Shown here one piece after another: positions 53,851 to 64,000 of a stretch of DNA of 64,000 nucleotides. The stretch is from Lama glama (Eukaryota), in the NCBI GenBank assembly GCA_028534125.1, contig CM052817.1, positions 89,654,001 to 89,718,000 of the forward strand, read 5' to 3'. The position numbers were made by a program, and so were the translations under genes. The stretch's first letter is position 1. Every line of letters begins with the position of its first letter. Under the pieces are notes generated by a model, which saw nothing but the letters and a program-made list of their open reading frames with translations, had not been told where the DNA came from and ran no database searches.

Positions 53851-55751
53851 TCTACCGATGATAATTTTAGTTGTTCTATCTTCACCAACACTGACACCAC
53901 TTGCAAGGGGTATGGGGATATGGTGACGTCATCAGATGGAATTGTGGTTTTGTCAAGAAGTTGATGGAAATGACCAAAAAAAAGGTGATGGATACAACAA
54001 TTTGCTTGTTAAAGACGGTCAGTTAAGGGTAGCACAGTGGAAAGATTTGTGTGGTAGATTCAACTAAAGGACAAGAAACTGTAGAGCATTTGAGTGATGA
54101 AGTCCATTTAGAGGATGTCTTTGCTCTGCACACTGAGTGATAACAACATGGACTTAAGGCATGATAGGCTAGTTGCAACAGTCCCTCTGAGAAGTATCAG
54201 CACTGGGACAAGAATCACAGGACTTACTTCACTAGTTTTCAAGTGGGTTTCCAAACTGCAAGAGGGAGCATTATAATGAGGAATTCAGAGTCCATGGAAG
54301 CAAAAGAGGAAAACAGTAGCTGTTTTGCTAATCTGTACCTAATCAATAGAGTGTCAGCCACAAGAATATTGGTCCATCCCTAGGGAATTTTTCCATTAAA
54401 TTGGAGAATATAAGAATGAGAACATTGTTCCAAGTCCCTTCCCTTTTTTAAATGAAGATTTTTAAAAAATTATGCAAAGCCCAAGCTAATTCATTCTAAG
54501 ACAGCAGCTCTTCCTTAAAGCACTCTTTAAAAGAATTTCCCAATTTTATCAAAGCCATTTACTTATGTAGGAATTCAACAAAAGAGTCTAATTGTGGTTT
54601 TCAGATGAAGATACATCATGGTGAAAAAGTATCATTACATAAAAGTAAGTGAAGGAAGAAAGCTAAATTTATGATATTGAATGACCAAGAAGAAAAATTG
54701 TCATGGTAATTCTTCCATTATATGTGGATAGAAAAGAACTGTGCAGCACACCAGTTACTGAGTAGTTTTGCATGGCATTGAAAAATCACAGTCTTTCACT
54801 TTAGTTACATTACTTTCAATTTGACATGTATTTGTCTCTAATAGCCTCTTGAACACTAAAATTGCAATAAATTCCACTAACTCGACTGGTCATAATAAAA
54901 ATTTCATATTAGGTAAAATTCATCCTCGTAACTCTGTCACTTACCACATTTGCTCCTCTCATTTCCCTAAGAGAAGACTAAATGCTCTGATTTCAGAACC
55001 TTTGTGACTTTCAGTCTTCCTACTCCTTACTCCCTGCTTTCACTTGACTACTTTCAATCTTCCACTGTACACTCTAAAATTATCGCCTATCATGCCATTA
55101 AGAAAACTCTCTTTCTACTTTTAATTATCTTGAAAGGATTGTGAATCATTGCTAATCAGTAGGCACTGATATTTTGCTGTAGCTGAGAAAAAAAAAACCC
55201 TCTCTGCGGACTTGCTTCCATTACTTACACCTTCTTTATCCTATATCTAAAGTCATCTTCCTTTGACATTTGTTCCCTTCATTCTATAAAATTTGGCCAT
55301 TATTTCTCCCTAAATTTTTTTAAATATTCTTTTCTCTCTAATTACTGATATCTACTTTTTTTTTCTGTTCTCTCTCTTCTCATCAAGTTGTTGGTATATA
55401 GTCTCCTACCATTTATAATTCAAGCAGATTTTGGCTGAATCACTTGCCAGAATCTGCTCTCAGGCCAACAGTCATTGCAACACTTTCAAGACTACTAAAT
55501 ACTTTCCTACCTTTAATTTATTTAAATTGTCTATATCCTGTGATAGTTTTTTTTTTTAAGAAAAATCCAATAGTGCATAAAAATACAGAGATTTGTTGCC
55601 TAGTGTAAAATGGCTAGCCTCCAAAATATTTCTTCCCATCTCAGAATAGAACTTATTTGGCATTAATTCTTCCATGATTATGCAAATCTGCAGGTTCAGA
55701 AACTTTATTGATTAGAAAATATAATTTATTATATTCAGGGATCAATCTGAG

Positions 55752-55995
55752 AATGGCAGTATAGTTTATTGTTTAAAGCACAGATTCTGGGCCAAGTTTC
55801 CTTTGTTGAATCCTAGTTCTACCACTTTCTAGCGATGAGACCTTAAATAAATTCCTTAACTTGCCTGTCCTTCAATTTTCCACTCTGTAATATAAGAAAA
55901 TTAGTAGAGATGCTATAGGGATTACACAATATAAATAAAATAAAATGCAAAGAACAGTGCCTTCTCATTACAAATACTTTGTAGGTACTATTATT
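55752..55995 (+). mobile_element. MIR
   Basis: ggcagtatagt...gtttaaagcacagattctgg...tgaatcctagttctaccactttctagc...ccttaaataaattccttaac. Confidence 0.75.
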
Positions 55996-56442
55996 TAATT
56001 AACTATAAATCATTAGGATTTTTAAACCAAAAGGCTTATAAGAGAGTGATATGTGGCAGTGTGATATAACCCTATACCCTGACATAATTTTTGATGACTG
56101 AACCAAACCTAGAAATAACTAGAGAAGCAGCTTGGACAAATCATTTACTGTTAGTCAACATAAGGGATGTCTCAACTGAAATCCAGGACATGGTGAAAAA
56201 ATTGCTTTTAGAGTAATCAGAAATTATCATTAGTGGATGGGAAATAGGCTGAAAGATTTATACCATTTGTAATAGCAAGGGCAGTTTCTTTTCAGATGCT
56301 GTGTGAGATAGCCAGTCCCAATTCAGAAAGGAATCACTAGATTATTGCTTCCTTTAATCCTTTGTCCAAAAGTTCACTCATTTATATTCCCTTAAGGAAG
56401 CAGTAGACATTGAAACCAAGGTACATTTCTACCTTCAGTACA

Positions 56443-56620
56443 GGAGAAAGAAAGGAAGAAAGGAAGGAAAGAAAGAAAGAAGGAAAGAAAGAAAGAAGGA
56501 CAGAAGGAAGGCAAAAAGAAAGGCAGGCAGGAAGGAAGGAAGATAGGAAGCAAGGAAGAAAGCAAGAAAGAAAGCAAGAAAGCAAGCAAGCAAGAAAGAA
56601 AGAAAGAAAGAAAGAAAGAA
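56443..56620. repeat. Compound purine-rich tetranucleotide repeat (GAAA/GAAG/GCAA/GCAG)
   Basis: Read directly; accounts for the low-complexity ORFs at 56382-56706. Confidence 0.95.
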
Positions 56621-57350
56621 GCACAGGCTGGAGAAGTGGTACTGGCATTATACGGCATTCTATGGACTCCCAAGTCAGCAAAATTTATGACACAGTGAGG
56701 ATCTGAGCATATTGGACTTATATTATTTTTCTTATGAGATTTGAGAGAATGTTGAGTTTGAAAATGAATTAATGTCTATGTAAAACAATCTCCAAAGACT
56801 TAGGGCCACTAATATGATAAACATGAAGAAAATATTACATAAATACATTGTTTCCTCCATAAAACAAACTCTTTAGCTCTTCTTCTTTCACTAAACTTAA
56901 GTCATGTGATTTATTACACAGGATAAGGCAAGGCAATTGCAAAGACCATGAGAAAGAACTAGAAAATGTTGTCAACAAGTTCTCACTCAACAGAAAGGAA
57001 AATAGAAAATTCTTCTGATTTCAGAAGAGAAGAAGGAGAAAGAGGATAAACAGATTATTTTGCTATCATTCTTAATGTTGAATCAAAAGAAGATAAATAT
57101 TCAGTGAAAAAGCTCCTCTAGGTTGCAGGAGGAACCATAAGTAATAGATACTATGTACTGCTGTTTTTCAGCCTTTGACAGATTGTTCCGAAGTCAAAAA
57201 CCAATGGCTTAGCTGCAGAAAATGAAAAATACAGCAACATAGTTTTAGATGAGAGACCAGAGTTTCTACTGCCCAGCTTTCATATCTCTTTGAAAAGATG
57301 CAAACATTCTTGCATGCTCCCATTGAGAGTCAGAGGGCCTGACATATAGT

Positions 57351-57366
57351 CCTGCAGATGGCAGTA
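57351..57366 (+). promoter_or_regulatory. Candidate CTCF motif
   Basis: cctgcagatggcagta versus core CCASYAGRKGGCRSYA, one mismatch; motif only. Confidence 0.35.
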
Positions 57367-57744
57367 ATTCGAGCAGATTTACAGGCAACTGTAGGAGGAA
57401 GCAGCAAAGATTCAGAAAAAAACAGGATGATGTCGTGTCGAGTCACTTGAAGGTAAAATCTCAGAATTTTGACAGCACCCAGAGTACAGAATACAAATAT
57501 AGCAAATGTCTGTGGGATGCCCTGTGTCCAGGTGTATGAGGGACATCTACTTAGAGATCAGTGAGAGTCTCAAGTTTAGCAAAAAGATGAACAAATGAAC
57601 TCACTGCTCTTCTTCAATCACAATGATGACACAAGATATTATTCAAACACATAAAACATCTTGGGGAATCAATTAATAAAAGAGAAACAGCCCTGAAAAA
57701 GAGTTAAAACTTTAATAAATGTCAGAATAGTATAAATACAGTTT

Positions 57745-58850
57745 GATTCTAGGCAATCCAGCCTATTACAGGTCCCTGCTTCCCTTGCAGACCAAAGTAC
57801 TCATATAGATTTATGTAAAGATTGGTATGAGATTCCTGGTAAGGTCTTAAATGGGAGACAAATAGCCTGTTAACTGCCCTCCTTCCTACTGCCTGGAACA
57901 TGAGTATTTCAGATGGAATTTTAGATGACTTCTTGTGACAATGAAGTTGGAACCTCATGCTAAACATGGCAGAGGAGAAAGAAGATACATAAATTTCTGA
58001 AGACAATGGAGATCTCATACCTCCTGTGACTTGCCTTTCCCTAGAACTAGCTTTGAACTGCCTATCTTTTGAATAGTGTTATGTGAGAGAAAACAATGTA
58101 TGTAACCCAATATTATTTGTGCTGTCTACTTCCTAAGAGATACAGAATTTGGTACCTATGCTGCATGAGAGTGGAATTGACTAAATGGAAAGGCTGGGAG
58201 GAAATAATAATGACTCACAAATATCAACTGGAAATTTTGACTGGAAACCTGGTGATCCTTCCAATGCAATGGAAGAATATTTGGTCAAACTTTCACCTTC
58301 CTTTTCTTGAACAGCAGACTGAGTCATCAGACTCTAGCACTAAGAGCAACATTAAAAAAAAAAAAAAAAGGATTACTGGTGCATATTGGCTCTTTGTTTT
58401 CTCTTTGTTTTAAATTTAGCAAAATCCTACAAAACAGAGAAGTCAGACATGAGCTTATCACTGTCTAATGTGGGAGAAATCACAACACTTAACATTGGTA
58501 AGGGAGACAAAGTTGACAAAGAGTCTATCACCTTGAAGTATTACAGGACTGAAGAATGAAATATTTTTCTCTAGTTTGAAATGATTAGCAATGTGCAAGA
58601 TAGGAGCCATAACTGAAGATAGTGTGACATGGCACAAGGTTAGTAATCTCATGTGTTCAAATTCTGGATATTTAAAGAATATTTAATTAATCACTGAGAG
58701 GCAAATAGTTCTATTACAACTACTGTATGACTGCTTGGAGAGCAATCAGACACAGTTATCCTTGGAATCTCTAAAATTCCCTGGGCTTTATCTAATAAAG
58801 AAACATACAGACTGGGAAAGCTACTAAAGAGGCACATAAATATAGCTATT
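57745..58850 (+). mobile_element. MaLR LTR (MLT1J-like, to 58144) followed by MaLR internal sequence
   Basis: ccttcctactgcctggaacatg; atgtgagagaaaa; LTR/internal junction gataca|gaatttggtacc. Confidence 0.65.
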
Positions 58851-59049
58851 CGATGGAGGATACAGTGTAGAGAGTAGCATGAAAGTGATTTGAGCTAGAA
58901 CTCAAACACACCATTTAAGTGCTATATAGGACTGGTCAGTTATAACTTTAATGTGTATTTCAAATGTGATATCTACTATCCTATTTCAAATCACCATAAT
59001 CTATGGCTGACTCTTTGGAAATATTCTCCTATATTGCCTCCTACCATCA

Positions 59050-61370
59050 TCAATAGTAACATATTATTTATCTTGAAATATTTCAAGCATGAGAAAGAGA
59101 AGTGTATGAATAATTATGTATTATATAACATATACATGATCATATATACCATATTATTATATAACAATATAAATAATGGCTAATCATCATTCAGCCTAAG
59201 AAACATTTATAAGCACAGCTGAAGTCCTAGTTCATATTCATTTCTCTTTTGTCCCCTCTTCCCAGAGCTAGCTACAATTCTGGATTCAATTTTCATTATT
59301 CTCATGTTCATTATATCTTTCCTACTTATGTGCATGTCTCTAGTGTTGTGCATATTTTTCCATATAAATGGTACCCTACACTATAGTCCTTCTGAAAATT
59401 CCTTTGGATCAACTTCATACACTTTAGGTTTATCCAGTTTGATAAATGTAATTATAGTTTACCATTTTTACTGCTATATTGGTTTTCACTGAATGGCTAT
59501 GCCAAAAGCATTGGTTTGATTATTTATGTTGTTTCAGGGTTTCATTATTGTTAATGCTGTTTTGCTATAGCAAAATAAATGATGATACAAACAATCTTTT
59601 TACACTTTTTCTCTTGTACACTTGTGGAAGACTCTATGTCATACACTTTGGGCCATATGATATGGGGGTCAGAGTATTCACATATTTAGTTCTATTAGGT
59701 ATTGCCAAATCACTATCCAAAGTGGCTGTAACAATTTACACTTCCAGGAACAATATATGAGAATTCCTATTTCTCTACATTCTTATCAACACTGTTATTG
59801 GAAGTCATTATATAATTGTCTACTTTAGGGGCATAGCAGATATGTAATTGTAGATATAAGTTTACATTTCCATAATTTCTGAAGAAGTTGAAATTCTTTT
59901 AGTATATTTATGTATTATACACCCTTCCAAGAAAGTAAGTTTATACATTCTGCCACTTTTACAATTTAGCACTTCTGCATTTTACTTTTGATTTACAGGA
60001 GGGTATTGTGAGGTCTAGAAACCAGTTCTCTGTCAGTTATGTGCATTTCAGATATATTATTCTAGCCTAAAATTTAGCTTTTACTCTTTTTAATAGAATC
60101 TTTTCAGGTATCTTTTCAAGCAATAAATTTTAATTAATCAAGTTATGGCACTTTTTTATGTTTTCTGTTTTCACATATCTTAGTAAATACTCAGTATCCT
60201 TCAGTCATAAGGAAAATTCATATTTTCTATTTAAAAATTTGAAGTTTTCTTACACAGAAATAGTTAATACTTAGGAATTTTGTGTATAATGTAAGGAAAA
60301 GATTCTTTTTTTTAAATGGAAGACTATTTTTAGCACCTTGTTAACTTGCTCTTCTTTCTCCACTGATCTGTAATTCCACCTCTGTCATACATAAAGTGTT
60401 CAAGGATACATGGGTCCATATCTGGGCTCATTCTCCTGGGGCACTGATTATTTGTCTTCATCACAGGAAAATTCCAGTGTCTCAATAACAATTGCTTTAT
60501 GGTATGTCTTAACTTGTGTTACTGCCTTGACTTCTTCCTCATCTTTCCTTAAATTTATCTTGTCTGTCACTGAGTCTTTGCTAGTTCATATATATTTTAA
60601 AATCAGCTTGTCAAATTCCACCAAAAATGAGATTTTGATTAGAATTACATGAATTTCTTCATTGATTTGGAGATAACTGGTATCTATGTGACAATGAATC
60701 TTTTTCATTCATGAATACAGTGTATCTGTCCAGTTGTTTATATCATCTTTCATGCATTAATAAAGTTTAAAAATCTCCAGAAGAGACTTGGACACTTACC
60801 AAATGCATTCCTGTGTATACCATACTGTAAATTGTATCCTTTTAAAATGTTATTTTCTTATTCTTTTTATTCAGAAATACGAATATAATTAGCTAAAAAT
60901 AATTTTGTAGTCAAGAAACCTACTTAAAATCGTATCCACTCGATTAATTTGTCAGTATATTATCATTATGCCTTCACTCCAGTCCCTACACTGTTTCCTA
61001 TCTTTGTCTTCCTGAATTTGTTACAGCCTCTGATATAATATTGAATTAAAGTGATTAAAAAGATTTTGCTCTCATTCTCAGCTTTTAAAGAATATGCTCT
61101 GACATTTCACCATTAACTATTATGTTTGTTCTTCCTTAGCTTTAGGAATCCTGCATCCCTGATTTGCTAAAAGATTTTAATGACAAATGGATATTGACTT
61201 TCTGTAGACTTTTTCTGCAAAATTAATATATTTTATATAAAAGTAGATTTTCTGATAAGTATAATTTATCCTTATATACCTGAGATGGACCCTGCTTGGC
61301 TAAGATATACTATATTTAATGTATTTCTGAGTTTATTTTGCTAAATATTGTTTACCTTTGTTCATATTGG
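59050..61370 (-). mobile_element. Old L1 (L1ME-like) 3' half
   Basis: ccaaagtggctgtaacaatttacacttcc; ttttaaaatcagcttgtcaaattccac; atttcaccattaactattatgttt. Confidence 0.8.
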
Positions 61371-63139
61371 CATTAACACTATGATGGCCATCTCAGATTT
61401 TCTGCCCTCAAAAAGTGAAAAATAGAAAAAATTATGAAGCAAATAGTATATAAAATTTTCAAGATGTTTTACATGGCTCACAGTTAAACTTCATAACAGC
61501 TTTATAATATAGGTAGTCTTTTTATAATTTTTTAAGCTAAGAGGCTGAAGTTTAAGAAGGTAGAATAACTTTCTCAAAGACTGAACTGTTTGATGGCAGA
61601 GATATCTGAAAAACCCAGTTATGTTATCTGTTATCATCTTCATTTGCTTTAGGCTTTTTTTAAGTAGTAGATTATCCTAAAAGCCTCCATGGATACCTAA
61701 ACATTCTTTTGATCCTTTCTCCCTCTTCCCTACTTTCTTTATTCCCAGTCTCTGTGACTTTCCTATTCCCTTCCTTTTACTTTGTCTATAGCACAAGGTC
61801 AGTAACTGTCTTTTATCTGTTTTTTGAAACTGGATGTGATGCCTTGCATGCTGCTTTTTAAATATACCATGATATTGTCATAGTGAATTGAACTATTCTT
61901 CCTTGAAGCCTGAGTTAATATTTTGGAGAAGTTGTCGTTTTTTCTTCTACTGTATGAGAGAGAAAATTCCCTTGAGTAGTGAAGGAGAAAATTAGTTTAG
62001 AACAGAAACAAAGTAATTAACATCGGATATAAAACAAGCAATAAAGACAGTCAAAATATAAAAAACATAATGAAATTAAAATGGCATTAAGGAAAATATC
62101 AAAGTCGTAAGACTCAAAAATGGTAAACTAAAATTGCAATTTATTAAATTGTATATAATCAACATTCTAAAAATAATATCTTACAGAGTATTTCTGCAAG
62201 CTTTATTGGGTACAGTTACCAGAACATGAGGTAATTCAAGATCCCAAGAAAAAGGAATGAGGAAAGTAAAGGGAAAATGCAGTAATTTTTCAGCCTAGGG
62301 AAATGATTACAAAGACCCCAGAGAAAAGAGATAGAGGGAATAGAGACAGAAGCACCAAAGTCTCCTTCATTTTTGTTGACTAATTCCATTTTGTTACATG
62401 AAATCTATTTTTATTCCCATTTCTCTGCAAACAACTGCAACTTTGAAATCACAGTATAAGAAATAAAATACTTTCCTTATCCATCAGTCTTATTATATTT
62501 TTTTAAATCTTAATAAAACAAGTAATATTGTACAATTATAATTCAGATTTTATTTATTGTCTCTTGTATTTGAAGACAAAATATATTCAGAGAACACATT
62601 TTAGGCACAATTGGATCACAATGCCCATATGTTTGTTAGTAATCTCATTTACCTAAAGATACATTCATATATTCAATCAATTATTTGATAGTGTTTTATT
62701 TGTATATTCATTTTTCCCCTTGGACAAATATGACTGGGTATAGACAGCAACATGTTCACAGAGCTCTTAAGCCTGTTCTCTAATCATGGAACAAAACTTG
62801 GTAAGACTCCTTTGAGAATAACAAAATACGTAACCACAAGACTAAATATAACTACAAGAGTCTTACAGAAAATAAAGTTTGGTTGCAATTTTTAGAGAAT
62901 GTTTCATAATCTGGATCTCAAAGAGTTTTATCATATTAGAAAATGTGGGAGTCAGGTGGGACATCTCTCTGAGCAGGAATATAAGTCAAGATGGAAGCTA
63001 AAATTAATATTTTATTGAATGGTAAAAATATAGAATTAAATGGAGTCCAGGAGTGCAATTTGATAGAATTAAGAAATTGATAATATTGGCCAAAATGATA
63101 AGAGATTTTAAAAAATTAGTGCACTACTTTGATGATATT

Positions 63140-63581
63140 TCTACTGGATTATAAATTCTTCGAAAATACTCATCCCAATATCTGTGAATGCAACTTTATT
63201 TGGAAAAAAGTCTTTGCAAATGTAATCAAGTTAAGATGGGGTCATACTGGATTAGGGTAGGCCCTACTCCAGTGACTGATGTCCTTGTAAGAAAATGCAA
63301 ATTTGGACACAGAGTCACATAGATGTAGGAAGAACGCCATATGATAACGGAGGCAGAGATTGGAGTGATGTGGCTGTCAAAGAACACCATGGAGTATCAC
63401 CAACCACCAAAAATTAGGAAAGAGACATGAAACAGACCGCCTACAGAGCTTCCAGAAGAAATCAACCTTGCCAATATCCTCATTTTTGATTTCTAGACTC
63501 CAGAACTATGAGAAACAAATTTCTATTGTTTTAAATCATCTAGTTTGTGATTTGTTATGGCAGCCCAAGGAAACTTAGACA
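63140..63581 (+). mobile_element. MaLR LTR (MLT1B/C-like)
   Basis: tgtaatcaagttaagatggggtcatactggattagggtaggccct...ggaggcagagattggagtgatg...tttgttatggcagcccaaggaaact. Confidence 0.9.
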
Positions 63582-63633
63582 GATCCCTATCTCATATCTC
63601 ATATGAAAATGAATTCCAAGTAGCTCAAATAAT

Positions 63634-63827
63634 GTTTTAAGTTTTTATTTTGAAATAAACACAGATTCACATGAAATTGCTAAGAAATGTAAAGATAGAT
63701 CTCACTGTGCCTTTTACCCTTTCTCTCCTTTTAATATCTTGCATAAGTAGAGTACAGTATCAAAACCAGGAAATTGATGTTAACACAATTCATAGACTTC
63801 ATTCAGATTTCATGTTATACATGCACT

Positions 63828-63877
<50 letters not shown>

Positions 63878-64000
63878 GCAGTTTTATCACAGGAGTAGCT
63901 TTATGTATGAACCCCAAAAATCAGGATACTCATCTGTACCACTACCACAAATCTCCTTCAGGCTATATCTTTATAGCCATACCTAGCCCTCTGGCTTTCC
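63634..64000 (-). mobile_element. L1MC/MD-type 3' terminus, running off the window end
   Basis: tttttattttgaaataa...agattcaca...tatcaaaaccaggaaattga...attcagattt. Confidence 0.8.
63830..63871. repeat. (TG)21 microsatellite
   Basis: Read directly from the sequence. Confidence 0.97.

Noticed and set aside
54605..54644. 40-nt micro-exon (ttttcag ... gtaagt)
   Set aside because: Short pyrimidine tract, unrecognised peptide and no partner exons; expected by chance
56382..56706. Overlapping 93-99 aa ORFs on both strands
   Set aside because: They are open only because the purine-rich microsatellite lacks stop codons
1..64000. A novel gene system, CRISPR array or operon
   Set aside because: No regularly spaced repeat-spacer array, no long ORF (longest is 139 aa and is L1-derived) and no recognisable exon chain; the visible structure is explained by mammalian repeats

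Overview
This is AT-rich, CpG-poor mammalian genomic DNA with no recognisable protein-coding gene, tRNA/rRNA gene or CpG island. It looks like a gene desert or a large intron. Two copies of a tRNA-Ala(AGC)-derived SINE resembling camelid Vic-1 point to a camelid genome (inference). Much of the window is retrotransposon debris: many L1 fragments of different ages, a decayed two-LTR ERVL provirus (LTR16-type, about 4.0-8.4 kb) with three nested insertions, an LTR33-type element, MLT1/MLT2 LTRs, L2, L3/CR1 and MIR relics, and microsatellites. Every ORF I could recognise is L1 ORF2 or ERVL pol debris. I found no evidence for a new biological system. The best observations concern insertion mechanism: a short L1 with a perfect 29-bp target-site duplication (TSD), a twin-primed 5'-inverted L1, an L1 3'UTR-to-endonuclease fusion at a microhomology, an out-of-order RT duplication inside ERVL pol, and an unassigned LTR-like element. 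Family names come from recalled consensus motifs, not a database search, and the boundaries of old repeats are approximate.
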